This document shows, in pieces, positions 31,429 through 43,225 of a DNA stretch of 64,000 nt. Each line of letters opens with the position of its first letter. The stretch's first letter is position 1. The DNA is from an uncultured Verrucomicrobiae bacterium. Lineage in GTDB: Bacteria > Verrucomicrobiota > Verrucomicrobiia > Chthoniobacterales > JAFAMB01. The notes beneath the pieces were generated by a model. The model did not search any database. It was given only the letters and a program-made list of their open reading frames with translations, and had not been told where the DNA came from. Position numbers and translations under genes: made by a program. Where the stretch lies: positions 448,001 to 512,000 of the forward strand of contig CAWEXO010000011.1 in assembly GCA_963813025.1 (NCBI GenBank). Reading direction: 5' to 3'.

Positions 31429-32025
31429 ATGAGCGAACCGGAGGAAGTCAGCCGCGAAATCCCGCAAATCGGCGATGGAAATGAGTCCGCCGAGATCGAG
31501 ATTTCTGAACGCGACATTGTCTTTGAGTGTCCGCATTGCCGTGGAGAACTAGTGGTGGATCGGGACGGGGCTGGACTGGTCGTCAATTGCGTGTTTTGCC
31601 GCCAGCCCGTGACCGTGCCGTCCTACACCGGGCCATCGCTTCATTATCTACAGGCCGCCACCGCAAAGTTGAGTGACGCCCTGCGCACGACTCGAACGTC
31701 CAATCCGAAGAATTACCGTTTCGAAGGCAGGACCAGGGAGGAACTCAACCTCCGGGCGAAAGAACTACAAGCGCAGCTTCGCGACGTGCAGAGCCAAGCC
31801 TCCGAAGTGCGCGGACTTCTGAATCATGCGCGTATCCAGCTCCACCGTTATCAACTGAAGCTCGAGATGCTGCACGAACGTCAGAGCGAGCTGAAGAGCG
31901 AACTGGACGCTTTGCTCGGCTTTACCCGAGCCGCGGAAAACGATCAACCTGCGGAAGAAAAGGCGCCGGCGCAGGTTGAAGAAAGCGGTGGGAGCGGTGG
32001 GGGCGGCTTCAGCGAAGGGAGGTAG
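31429..32025 (+). CDS. Hypothetical zinc-ribbon plus coiled-coil protein
   Basis: FECPHCRG...NCVFCRQPVTVP followed by heptad repeats. Confidence 0.75.
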   Translation: MSEPEEVSREIPQIGDGNESAEIEISERDIVFECPHCRGELVVDRDGAGLVVNCVFCRQPVTVPSYTGPSLHYLQAATAKLSDALRTTRTSNPKNYRFEGRTREELNLRAKELQAQLRDVQSQASEVRGLLNHARIQLHRYQLKLEMLHERQSELKSELDALLGFTRAAENDQPAEEKAPAQVEESGGSGGGGFSEGR

Positions 32026-32234
32026 CTGGACAGTGAGCAGTAGTTCACAGTCTTGAGGATCGCATCCCTCGTGAGAGACGTGGACCTCTTTGTAATGTGA
32101 GCAGATCAACTTTCAGCTTCTCAGCCCTCGCGCTACCTCCCTCCGCTGAAGCCGCTCCCACCGCTCTCACCGCTTTCTTTTGAATCCGTTTGCACGTCCG
32201 AGTATTCCGCCGCATCATGTCGACTCGCTCGCTT

Positions 32235-32319
32235 GGATGGGTGCCAGAGCGGTCGATTGGGCACGCCTGGAAAGCGTGTGTACCGCAAGGTACCGCGGGT
32301 TCGAATCCCGCCCCATCCG
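32235..32319 (+). tRNA. tRNA-Ser (anticodon GGA), CCA not encoded
   Basis: GGATGGG/CCCATCC acceptor stem, CCTGGAAAG anticodon region, long variable arm, GGTTCGAATCC T arm. Confidence 0.96.
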
Positions 32320-32582
32320 AGAGCATGTGACGTTTCAGTTTTCGCGCCACTCAGTCTCCCCGTACTGCTCTTTCGTTCCAATGAAGTTTGGTCCTCCATT
32401 GGACTGCCCCTCCCGGGATACCTCTCTCTGGCGAGGCGTTTTTCGGGCGAGATGAGTCCGTGTCCACATGTCACACCCTTGTGACAGGTTGAGTCAAAAA
32501 GACTCATCTCCTCGACATCATTTTTGCTCCGCTGAAGTTTAAGTATCTGACCGACAACCGCTTACATATTGTCCAGCCGATC

Positions 32583-32597
32583 CGGCACAAGTCTTGC
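32583..32597 (+). promoter_or_regulatory. Sigma54-type -24/-12 promoter of dnaK
   Basis: CGGCACAAGTCTTGC matches GG-N10-GC with GGCAC and TTGC consensus bases, 20 bp before the ATG. Confidence 0.65.
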
Positions 32598-32616
32598 CCC
32601 AGACGTTAGAGCGTTT

Positions 32617-34599
32617 ATGGCAAAAATTTTAGGCATTGACCTCGGAACCACGAATTCCTGTATGTCGGTAATGGAAGGTGGCGAGCCGGTTGTTGTTGAG
32701 AACTCTGAGGGTGCGCGCACGACCCCTTCTATCGTGGCCTTTACCAAAAGTGGCGAACGTCTGGTCGGTCAGGCAGCTAAACGTCAGGCCGTGACAAACG
32801 CGAAAAATACGGTGTTTTCGATCAAGCGCTTCATGGGACGAAAGTTCGACGAAGTGCAGGACGAAGCCAAACGAGTCCCTTACAAGATCCTGAAGGCGGC
32901 AAACGGTGACGCCGCCGTGGAGGTGGAGGTGGGCGGTGAGCGCAAGACTTTCTCGCCCCCGGAAATTTCCGCGATGATTTTGGGGAAACTAAAGAGCGAT
33001 GCCGAGTCAAAACTCGGCGAGAAAATCACCCAGGCCGTTATTACGGTACCCGCCTATTTCAACGACTCGCAGCGGAATGCCACTAAAGACGCTGGACGGA
33101 TTGCCGGACTCGAAGTTTTGCGGATTATCAATGAGCCAACAGCGGCGTCGCTCGCTTACGGTTTGGATAAGAAGAAAGACGAAAAGATCGCGGTATACGA
33201 TCTGGGCGGCGGCACTTTCGACATTTCCGTCCTCGAGATAGGTGACGGCGTGTTTGAGGTAAAGGCAACGAATGGTGACACCCATTTGGGAGGCGATGAC
33301 TGGGACAACGCCGTCATGGACTGGATCATCAACGAATTTCGCAAGGACACCGGGATTGATCTCAGCAAACAGGCCGATGCCCTGCAACGGATAAAGGAGG
33401 AAGCGGAGAAGGCGAAGATCGCTCTCTCTTCCTCTCAGGAATACGAGATTAACTTGCCTTTCATCACGGCAGACGCCTCCGGTCCTAAGCACATCCAGAA
33501 AAAGCTCACGCGTTCGAAACTGGAGCAGCTGACCGATGCTCTTTTTCAGCGGACAATCCCGCCGGTGAAGGCCTGTTTGGCCGACGCAAAACTGACCGAG
33601 CGGGACGTGAATGAGCTGGTGCTGGTAGGTGGCATGACACGGATGCCAAGGGTGATCGAGACGGCGCGCCAACTGATCGGTAAAGAACCGCACAAAGGCG
33701 TCAATCCGGATGAGGTGGTGGCCATCGGGGCGGCCATCCAGGCCGGCGTTCTGCGCGGCGACGTCAAAGACGTTCTCCTGCTGGACGTTACGCCGCTTAC
33801 CCTGGCGATCGAAACCGCCGGCGGTATCGCCACCCCGATGATTCCGCGGAATACCACCATCCCCACCCGGAAGTCACAGATCTTCTCTACCTTCAGCGAC
33901 AATCAGCCGGGAGTGGAGATAAAGGTACTGCAAGGCGAACGACCGATGTCACGGGATAACAAGAATCTCGGGACATTCCATCTTGATGGTATCCCGCCAG
34001 CTCCTCGCGGCGTGCCGCAGATCGAGGTGACTTTTGATATTGATGCGAACGGGATTTTGAACGTTTCGGCCAAGGATCTTGGGACCGGCAAGGAGCAGAA
34101 AATCTCGATTACCGGTTCAAGTGGTTTGACCAAAGATGAAGTCGAGCGACTGCGCAGAGAGGCGGATGCGCATGCCGAAGAAGATCGAAAAGCGCGCGAG
34201 ACCGCGGAAGTCCGCAACAACGCGGACAACCTGGCCTACCAATGCGAGAAACAGCTGCGTGAACTGGGAGACAAGGTTCCGGCGGACCAGAAATCTAGCA
34301 TCGAGGCAGCGATCAAGGAGGTGCGCGAAGCACTGAATACCAACGACGGGGATGGGATCAAGCGAGCGATGGACGATTTGCAAAGCAAGTTTGAGAGCGT
34401 CAGTGCTGAGCTTTACAAGCAGGCATCTGCGACCCGCGGCCCTGAACAGGGCGGTCCAGGGCCAGGCGGTGCAGGCCAAGGTCCCGAAGGTGCCGAAGGC
34501 CCTCGCTCTGGCGGGCAAGCTGGCGCTTCCCGTTCGTCCGACAACGTCGTGGATGCTGACTTCGAAGTGGTCGACGAAGACAAGAAGAAGAACAATTGA
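32617..34599 (+). CDS. dnaK: Chaperone DnaK
   Basis: [34 protein letters not shown]. Confidence 0.99.
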   Translation: MAKILGIDLGTTNSCMSVMEGGEPVVVENSEGARTTPSIVAFTKSGERLVGQAAKRQAVTNAKNTVFSIKRFMGRKFDEVQDEAKRVPYKILKAANGDAAVEVEVGGERKTFSPPEISAMILGKLKSDAESKLGEKITQAVITVPAYFNDSQRNATKDAGRIAGLEVLRIINEPTAASLAYGLDKKKDEKIAVYDLGGGTFDISVLEIGDGVFEVKATNGDTHLGGDDWDNAVMDWIINEFRKDTGIDLSKQADALQRIKEEAEKAKIALSSSQEYEINLPFITADASGPKHIQKKLTRSKLEQLTDALFQRTIPPVKACLADAKLTERDVNELVLVGGMTRMPRVIETARQLIGKEPHKGVNPDEVVAIGAAIQAGVLRGDVKDVLLLDVTPLTLAIETAGGIATPMIPRNTTIPTRKSQIFSTFSDNQPGVEIKVLQGERPMSRDNKNLGTFHLDGIPPAPRGVPQIEVTFDIDANGILNVSAKDLGTGKEQKISITGSSGLTKDEVERLRREADAHAEEDRKARETAEVRNNADNLAYQCEKQLRELGDKVPADQKSSIEAAIKEVREALNTNDGDGIKRAMDDLQSKFESVSAELYKQASATRGPEQGGPGPGGAGQGPEGAEGPRSGGQAGASRSSDNVVDADFEVVDEDKKKNN

Positions 34600-34699
34600 G
34601 CAGGTTTTGAGGATTCCCGATGCCGGCAGTCCGATCCTCGCCGCCGGCATCGGTTTAGGAAACAAACCAAAGTAAATCAAAGGAGGACACTGAAAACAT

Positions 34700-34993
34700 A
34701 TGGCAATAAACGTTAAGCCTCTCGGCGATCGCGTGCTGGTGCAGCCGCTCGACGAAAAAGAGGTTAAAAAAGGTGGCATTATCATCCCCGATACCGCCAA
34801 GGAAAAACCTCAGGAAGGCACTGTAGTGGCCTTGGGAACTGGGAAGCTCGACGACAGCGGCAAGAAAATCGATTTCAACGTCAAAGTCGGCGACAAGGTT
34901 CTCATCTCCAAATACGGAGGTACCGAGATCAAGATTGACGATGAGAATTATCTCATCATGCGCGAGGACGACATCCTCGGAATCCTTGGATAA
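34700..34993 (+). CDS. groES: Co-chaperonin GroES
   Basis: [25 protein letters not shown]. Confidence 0.99.
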   Translation: MAINVKPLGDRVLVQPLDEKEVKKGGIIIPDTAKEKPQEGTVVALGTGKLDDSGKKIDFNVKVGDKVLISKYGGTEIKIDDENYLIMREDDILGILG

Positions 34994-35004
34994 CAATTAA
35001 ATAA

Positions 35005-36660
<1,656 letters not shown>

Positions 36661-36692
36661 GAAAAAAAATCGGGGCCTGTGCCTCATTGAAT

Positions 36693-36727
36693 ATCCGGTC
36701 CGGCGCCTGCCGGGCCGGATTTTTTTT
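36693..36727 (+). terminator. Intrinsic terminator after groEL
   Basis: atccggtccggcgcctgccgggccggat hairpin followed by a T run. Confidence 0.85.
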
Positions 36728-36759
36728 GAAGTCGGAATGGCATGTTGCCAAAGGCTTTT

Positions 36760-36885
36760 ATTCGAGCCTTGGCGAGAACTTGTCTGAACCGTCTTGGATA
36801 GGGACAGCTCCGACGCCCGGCTCAAACGAGTCCTCGCTGAGGCTCCTCCTTCGCTGAATTTTCGGCGGACGCGTCGGATACAGAG
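36760..36885. repeat. Palindromic intergenic repeat, copy 1 (degenerate)
   Basis: attcgagccttggcgagaacttgtctgaaccg...cggctcaaacgagtcctcgctgaggctc. Confidence 0.75.
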
Positions 36886-37083
36886 ATACAGAGACTGTCT
36901 CGCAACACGCAAGCTCCCGCTTGACCTCCTTAGTGTTGGATCACGTCTCGATTTGGACGAGCCGGAGCTCATCCCTACCGCTCCTCGTCCTTGACGCCAC
37001 TCCGAAAGCCGCTCGAATAATCTCCTCACGCCTTCGAGCAGCGACTTGCGAGTTAATCAGACGTACCGGAGGATTGAAGAACA

Positions 37084-37302
37084 ATGTCGCCGGAGATCGG
37101 GAAACTCGTCGTAGCAGTCGGCGCGATGCTCGTACTGATCGGGCTGGTCATCTGGCGGTTTCCGAACGCCTTTTCCTGGTTCGGCAAACTGCCCGGCGAC
37201 ATTTCGATGCAAAAGGGTGGTTCATCGTTTTACTTTCCCATCGTTACCTGCATCCTGATCAGCTTGGCACTGACGCTGCTAAGCTGGCTTTTTCGCCGTT
37301 GA
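37084..37302 (+). CDS. DUF2905-family small membrane protein
   Basis: FGKLPGDI...FYFPIVTCILIS. Confidence 0.88.
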   Translation: MSPEIGKLVVAVGAMLVLIGLVIWRFPNAFSWFGKLPGDISMQKGGSSFYFPIVTCILISLALTLLSWLFRR

Positions 37303-38073
37303 TTCGGCTTTTGCGACTTCCGCTCCAATGCCGGCCCCTGGCTGGATGATCCCCTCGGGTGAGACCTTAGCATTAACGCAGGAATCGATCCAGCGAGAAC
37401 CCCGGGGCGCAAGCCACTTCACCGCATTACGGATGACGGTTTGCACCTCAGCCTGGTGGTAGGTTGGATAGGTTTCGTGGCCCGGGCGAAAGTAAAAGAT
37501 TCTTCCGTTACCGCGCGTCCACGAGCAACCCGAACGGAAGACTTCGCCGCCCTGGAACCAGGAAATGAAAACTGTTTCTTCCGGAGAGGGAATCGCGAAT
37601 GGCTCTCCGTACATCTCTTCCTGCGGGATCTCGAAGCATGCCGGCAAGCCCTGGGCTATTGGGTGACCCGGGTTACAGATCCAAAGGCGTTCCTTCTCGT
37701 CGGCCTCACGCCAAACCAGAGAGCAAGTCGTTCCAAGCAATCGCCGGAAAATTTTTGAAAAATGTCCCGAGTGCAGGACAAGAAGCCCCATTCCTTCGAG
37801 CACTCGCTTTTGCACCCGGTCCACGATCTTATCGTCAACCTGGCTATGGGCCATGTGACCCCACCACACCAGCACATCAGTCGTTTGGAGCCGCGCCTCG
37901 GAAAGACCGTGTTCGGGTTGCTGCAGAGTTGCGGTGTTCGTGGCGACCCCGGCGTCAGCCGCGAGGACTTCTGCAAGGTGCGCATGCATTCCTTTTGGAT
38001 AAATTTTGCCTACCTTCTCGGATTTTCGTTCATGGATGTTTTCGCCCCAGACGACAACGCGGAGAGTGCTCAT
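37279..38073 (-). CDS. thuA: ThuA-family trehalose utilisation protein
   Basis: VWGENIHE, YPKGMH, WWGHMAH, VLHSGHFSKIF, EEMYGEPF, FRPGHETYPTY. Confidence 0.9.
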   Translation of the reverse strand: MSTLRVVVWGENIHERKSEKVGKIYPKGMHAHLAEVLAADAGVATNTATLQQPEHGLSEARLQTTDVLVWWGHMAHSQVDDKIVDRVQKRVLEGMGLLVLHSGHFSKIFRRLLGTTCSLVWREADEKERLWICNPGHPIAQGLPACFEIPQEEMYGEPFAIPSPEETVFISWFQGGEVFRSGCSWTRGNGRIFYFRPGHETYPTYHQAEVQTVIRNAVKWLAPRGSRWIDSCVNAKVSPEGIIQPGAGIGAEVAKAESTAKKPA

Positions 38074-38323
38074 CGATGATGTATTGACCACAGGAGGTGA
38101 GAAAGCGCAAACGCGAACGGATTTCTCTGCCAAAGGACACAGGTATAGTCTCTCCCGCGAGTCGCAACGCGGAACGCCCCGGCCCGTCTGTATTCCGGTG
38201 GGGCTGGGCACTCGCAAGCGAAGCCGCGCACTCCCGCCGACGAGATCTACTGGAAAAAGGGCGGCGACCTCCCAACCTGTGCCGACTGGAAACTAACGAA
38301 GCGAGAGGGTAATCTGTTCGAGC

Positions 38324-39388
38324 ATGCGCTCTCCCCGGCAACCTTACGAAGATGTTGAACGCATCATCGAGCTCGACTTTCTGCGTGCCACCGAGGCAGC
38401 TGCGCTGAATACTTTGCCGTGGCTGGGCCGAGGCGAAAAGGAGCGCGCCGACGCGGCCGCCTGCGACGCGATCCGCGGCATGTTCGACTTAATGAATGTT
38501 TGTGGGGAAGTCGTGATAGGTGAGGGAATCAAAGACGATGCACCGGGTATCTTGAAGGGCGAACATCTCGGCACTTGGACGCCGGGCAGCCATAAATTCG
38601 ATCTCGCTCTCGACCCGATCGACGGCACAACGAACGTAGCCAAGGGCTTGCCCGGTTCGATCTGTTGTCTCGCCGCAGCTTCGCCCGAGGAAGGAAAGTC
38701 GGCTTCGCTGAAAGACGTTCCGACTTTCTACATGATGAAGCTGGCCTACGGAACCAAGGTCGTCCGCTACATGGAGCGAACTGGCATTACGACCATTTCC
38801 ATTCGACAGCCGGTGGAAGAAATCCTTCCTGTCATCGCGCGGGCTCTCCGCAAACGGTTGCAGGATGTCGCGGTGGTAGTCCTCGATCGGCCGCGTCACG
38901 AAAAGCTGATCCAGGCGGTGCGATCAACCGGAGCGATGGTCCGCATGATCTCCGACGGTGACATTACCGCCGCGATCGCTCCCTCGCTGCCGGAGAGCGG
39001 AGTTGATCTCTACGTCGGAATCGGCGGATCGCCCGAAGCCGTGCTGGCCGCAGCCGCGATCCGCTGTCTGGGCGGTGATCTGCAAACCATGATGTGGCCC
39101 CGGGACGACCAGGAGCGTGACGCAGTTGTGCGCGCCGGATTCAAGAATGAGCTCATCCAGGTATTCGGAGCGGCCGATCTGGCTCGAGGAAATAACATCA
39201 TTTTTTGCGCAACTGGGATCAGCGACAGCCCCCTGCTGCGCGGCGTGCGGGTGCAAGGCCACACTGCCGTAACTCATTCTATTTTGATGCGCGGGCGCAG
39301 CCGAACGGTCCGAATGATCGAGGCGTACCACGACTTAGCGCATAAAACGATCCGGCTGCGATCCACGAAGCAGGAGAAACTGTTGTAA
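38324..39388 (+). CDS. glpX: Class II fructose-1,6-bisphosphatase
   Basis: RATEAAA, VVIGEG, DPIDGT, LDRPRH, ISDGD, GIGGSPE. Confidence 0.93.
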   Translation: MRSPRQPYEDVERIIELDFLRATEAAALNTLPWLGRGEKERADAAACDAIRGMFDLMNVCGEVVIGEGIKDDAPGILKGEHLGTWTPGSHKFDLALDPIDGTTNVAKGLPGSICCLAAASPEEGKSASLKDVPTFYMMKLAYGTKVVRYMERTGITTISIRQPVEEILPVIARALRKRLQDVAVVVLDRPRHEKLIQAVRSTGAMVRMISDGDITAAIAPSLPESGVDLYVGIGGSPEAVLAAAAIRCLGGDLQTMMWPRDDQERDAVVRAGFKNELIQVFGAADLARGNNIIFCATGISDSPLLRGVRVQGHTAVTHSILMRGRSRTVRMIEAYHDLAHKTIRLRSTKQEKLL

Positions 39389-39399
39389 CGCACGGCATC

Positions 39400-40506
39400 A
39401 TGAGCACTAGCACTGACACTGACACTGGCTTTACGAGTCGTGCGGCCGGTGCAGTGATGGGGTCTCTCATCGGCGATGCGCTCGGCCTCGGACCCCATTG
39501 GTACTACGACCTGGACGAGCTTCGCCGGGACTACGGCCCGTGGATAACGAGCTATACGAATCCCAAGCCCCGGCGGTATCATGCCGGCATGCGGGCCGGT
39601 GAACTGTCGCAGACCGGCCTCATTATTGCCGCACTGCTGGAATTGGTCACTGAGCATCGTGGTTACTCGGAGAGGGCGTTTACGAAGTGGCTCGACACCG
39701 AGCTGTTCCATCAGCTCGATGGCACTCCGTTTTACGGACCGGGCGGATACACCAATCAGTCGGTCCGGGAAGCGTTTCGCCGCCGGAAGATTGAAAAGCG
39801 CGATTGGGGTGAAGTCGCCGGATCAGCCGACACAACCGAGGCCGCTGAACGGGGCGTCGTCCTTGCCGCTCTGTATGCAGACGATCCGGCCGCCGTCGCC
39901 CGGGAAGGCGCGGCCAATTGCCGGTTACTGCAAAACGATCCAGCAATCGTTGCCATGACTACCGCTTATCTTTCCGTTCTCGCCGCTCTGGTGCGTGGAG
40001 AGGAGATGCGGGCATCGATTTCCGATCATCTCATGCGGTTGGTTCATAAAGGCCAGTTACCCTTTCATCACGTTACCAAAGCCGACCTGTCCCCGGCGGG
40101 AGGCCCCGAAGAAGAGATGCTCGACGAGGCAGCGAATTTTTCGTCTCCGGACGCTTTGCTGACACCAGGTTATTGCGCCAGAGCGGCGTGTGACGACGCC
40201 ATCAAGATCGAGCCGGCTTGGAAAGTCTCGTTTGTTTACGGCATGCCTTGCGCCATCTATCATCAATTGCCGGCGGCCTACTACCTGGCGACGCGGTTTG
40301 CGGATAATTTCTCAAAAGGAGTGCTTCACGCGTTGAACGGAGGCGGCCAGAATATGTCGCGCGCTTGTCTGACGGGCGCCCTGATCGGAGCGCAAGTGGG
40401 CCTGAGCGGCATTCCAGAAAAATTTGTCGAAGGGCTCAATGGCGGCGAGCGATTGCGGAAACTTGCTCAGCAGCTCGGTGGGCTCGCAGCGAGCGCAGTC
40501 CGCTGA
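39400..40506 (+). CDS. ADP-ribosylglycohydrolase-family protein
   Basis: GSLIGDALGLGPHWYYD; NGGGQNMSRACLTGALIGA. Confidence 0.88.
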   Translation: MSTSTDTDTGFTSRAAGAVMGSLIGDALGLGPHWYYDLDELRRDYGPWITSYTNPKPRRYHAGMRAGELSQTGLIIAALLELVTEHRGYSERAFTKWLDTELFHQLDGTPFYGPGGYTNQSVREAFRRRKIEKRDWGEVAGSADTTEAAERGVVLAALYADDPAAVAREGAANCRLLQNDPAIVAMTTAYLSVLAALVRGEEMRASISDHLMRLVHKGQLPFHHVTKADLSPAGGPEEEMLDEAANFSSPDALLTPGYCARAACDDAIKIEPAWKVSFVYGMPCAIYHQLPAAYYLATRFADNFSKGVLHALNGGGQNMSRACLTGALIGAQVGLSGIPEKFVEGLNGGERLRKLAQQLGGLAASAVR

Positions 40507-40565
40507 CGCGGGCAGCCTCCACGGCGGTCCCATTAAAACGAGTCTTGTCTCGCAACCTGCTCCGG

Positions 40566-40700
40566 CTCTGTGCCGGTGGGGCGAGAATTCATCTGAGCCT
40601 TCGGCGAAGACTCGTTCGAGCCGTACGATGGAGTTGCCATAGCCAAGACGGCTCAAACAAGTTCTCGCTGACGCTCGAATGAATTTTCGCCCTGCCAATA
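40566..40700. repeat. Palindromic intergenic repeat, copy 2
   Basis: ctctgtgccggtggggcgagaattcat...cggctcaaacaagttctcgctgacgctcgaatgaattttcgccctgcc. Confidence 0.8.
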
Positions 40701-40763
40701 ATCAAGACGCGGGAAATACGTCTCATTGACGTTTAAGGGCGTTCGCGGTAGGTGCGTCCACCG

Positions 40764-41969
40764 ATGGCTGATTCAATCGGATCGAGGCGTCGTGTGTACG
40801 TCACCGGTATTGGAGTCGTTTCTCCACTAGGATTCGATGTGGAGGCAAATCTGCGATCGCTTCGCGAAGGCCGTGATGCCGTCACACCGGTCACCGCCTT
40901 CGACGTCACGAGAAACAGGTGCAAAACGGCGGGTCAGGTTCCCGACGATTGGCTGAAGTCGCCGGCTACTCTATCGAAGCGATCCAAACGCCTTCACCGC
41001 AGCTCGTTCATGATGATCCTCGCGATGAGGGAGGCCTTGACGATGGCCAATGGCCCGACTCCGGAAGGAGCTATCATGGCGACTTCCAGCGGCGCCATGA
41101 GTAACGGGGAGGAATTCTATCGCGGTCTAACGATCAGGGGCAGCCGGCGCCGTTATGCCCGGCTGGTCGCGAACTATCTTCCGCAAAAGCCGATCCTCGA
41201 CGCATTGGAGAGCAACGGTCTGCGTGCGCCTGTCCAGATCATTTCGAATGCGTGTTCTTCCGGTTCGAATTCAATCGGGCACGCCTTTGCCCTCGTGCGC
41301 AGCGGAATTCATGAATGCCTGGTCTGTGGCGGCTATGACCCCCTGGCGAGCCTGGTCTTTTGTGGATTTGACTCTCTGCAGGCCGCCACGCCGGAAAAGA
41401 TCCGTCCCTTCGATCGGGACCGGAGCGGACTGGTCCTCGGCGAGGGGGCGGCTGTCCTGATTTTGGAATCCGGCGAGTCGGTGGCCAAACGCGGCGCTGC
41501 CGCCTGTGCCGAGTTAATCGGGTATGGAGTGGCCACTGATAATTACCATCTCACCCAACCTGACCCCTCCGGTATTGGCCCGCGGCTGGCGATGGAGCGC
41601 AGCCTGCGCAGCGCCGGGATCCCCGCCAAAGCAGTCGATTACATCAACGCACATGGAACGGCGACAACGTTTAACGACGCCACCGAGGGCCGGGCCATCT
41701 CCGATCTCTTCGATCGAATCCCGGTAAGCTCCACCAAGTCCATGATGGGCCACGCGCTCGGCGGCGCGGGGGCGATTGAAGCCGTGTTCTGCGTCCTCGC
41801 TTTGCAGCATCAGTTTATACCACCCAACATCAACTTCCGGCAACCGGACCCGCTGTGGACATTCGAGGTCGTCGCAAACCGGGCGAGACATACGCGTCTG
41901 TCAGTGGTGCTTTCTAACTCGTTTGGATTCGGCGGATGCAACGCTGCCCTTCTCTTTCGCGCAACATGA
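40764..41969 (+). CDS. Beta-ketoacyl-ACP synthase (FabF-like) with intact catalytic triad
   Basis: SNACSSG, NAHGTAT, GHALGG, SNSFGFGG. Confidence 0.92.
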   Translation: MADSIGSRRRVYVTGIGVVSPLGFDVEANLRSLREGRDAVTPVTAFDVTRNRCKTAGQVPDDWLKSPATLSKRSKRLHRSSFMMILAMREALTMANGPTPEGAIMATSSGAMSNGEEFYRGLTIRGSRRRYARLVANYLPQKPILDALESNGLRAPVQIISNACSSGSNSIGHAFALVRSGIHECLVCGGYDPLASLVFCGFDSLQAATPEKIRPFDRDRSGLVLGEGAAVLILESGESVAKRGAAACAELIGYGVATDNYHLTQPDPSGIGPRLAMERSLRSAGIPAKAVDYINAHGTATTFNDATEGRAISDLFDRIPVSSTKSMMGHALGGAGAIEAVFCVLALQHQFIPPNINFRQPDPLWTFEVVANRARHTRLSVVLSNSFGFGGCNAALLFRAT

Positions 41970-43078
41970 ATTACTCCGTACAGGGGATCGGCGCGGTCAC
42001 CCCATTGGGCCCAACGTCCGAACTGACTTGGCAGGCCTTGTGCGAGGGGCAACAGGCAGAGTGGTCATCGCTCAGTGCATCCCTGGCCGGGCGCCAGCAC
42101 TTTTCTTGCTCGGTTCCATCAAAGTTCGTGAATCTATCGGCTCACGTGCCGCGCCTTCGCCGTTCGAGTGTCCTTTCGCTCCTCGGTGTGACGGCGGCGC
42201 AAGAGGCGCTCGCCCGGAAGCAGGCGGAAAATCCGCCCGCGATTATCTATGCGATCTGCTCGGGCGCAGTGAACTACACGCGCCGGTTTTTTGACGAGGT
42301 GCTCCGCCCGGATGTGCCGACGCCCAGCCCGCTCCTGTTTTCCGAAACCGTGTTTAACGGGCCGGCCAGCCATCTGGCGGCGGTTCTCCGGATGGATGGT
42401 CCGGTCTACACCCTGGTAGGCGACTCGGCCGTTGGCTTGTCGGCGATCCACTTCGCGGCGGAGCTGCTGGACATCGATCCGACCCTGGAGAGTTGCCTGG
42501 TCGTTGGGACGGAGGAGATAAATTGGGTCTTGCCGGAGGCTTTTCAGTCCTGGCGGATGGTCAGCCGAACACCGCGGTGCGAGGTTTTTGGCGAAAGCCA
42601 CGGCGCGGTCTTTGGAGAAGCGGCGGCTGCTGTCCTCATCGGGCGAGGGCCGGGCTTCCGGCTGGCCTATACCGGCGGCGGCCAGCCGTTTTTCTCGACA
42701 AAAGATGCCATTGAAACAACGGAAAAAGTGGTGCGCCAATGCGTCGGCAGCGCGGGCCAGCCGGACATCATCATTGCCAGCGCGAACGGCACCTTCGTCG
42801 ATCAGGCAGAATCCTGGGCGTTCTCTCTTGGTAAGCTCCGCGCACCGGTCTACGCGTATAAGCCAGCCCTGGGTGATGCCTTGGGTGCCGGCGCGGTTCT
42901 TCAGGTTGTCCTTGGTTGTCTCGCTTTGCAGCACCAGATATTGCCCGGCACACTTTCCGCGGGCAACGGTCTAGGGCTGGTGAATCGTATCACAAGACCG
43001 GTTGACGCTGATCGTTGCCTGATCAGCACGGTCGGGTTCAGTCAGCAGGCTAACGCGCTGATGATTGAGCTTAAGTAA
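41966..43078 (+). CDS. Catalytically inactive ketosynthase homologue (chain-length-factor-like)
   Basis: KS fold motifs (FSETVFN, GEAAAA, ALGAGA) but VGDSAVG at the Cys position; ATGA overlap with the KS gene. Confidence 0.8.
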   Translation: MNYSVQGIGAVTPLGPTSELTWQALCEGQQAEWSSLSASLAGRQHFSCSVPSKFVNLSAHVPRLRRSSVLSLLGVTAAQEALARKQAENPPAIIYAICSGAVNYTRRFFDEVLRPDVPTPSPLLFSETVFNGPASHLAAVLRMDGPVYTLVGDSAVGLSAIHFAAELLDIDPTLESCLVVGTEEINWVLPEAFQSWRMVSRTPRCEVFGESHGAVFGEAAAAVLIGRGPGFRLAYTGGGQPFFSTKDAIETTEKVVRQCVGSAGQPDIIIASANGTFVDQAESWAFSLGKLRAPVYAYKPALGDALGAGAVLQVVLGCLALQHQILPGTLSAGNGLGLVNRITRPVDADRCLISTVGFSQQANALMIELK

Positions 43079-43225
43079 GGTAGCGCGGACCGCCTGGCCC
43101 GGAGCGTGCGGGGCGAGTGAAGCGAACAATGTGCTGGTATAGGGGGAGAAACAGAGACCGTCTTGCAACCGGTTTTTTCTCTGTGTCGGTAGGGCGAAAA
43201 TTCATTGGAGCTTTAGCGAGAACTC

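Noticed and set aside
32235..32319. tRNA-Ser as the integration site of the decayed island
   Set aside because: No duplicated tRNA 3' end found, and intact genes separate it from the island
32320..32616. CIRCE element upstream of dnaK
   Set aside because: TTAGCACTC-N9-GAGTGCTAA not seen here or before groES
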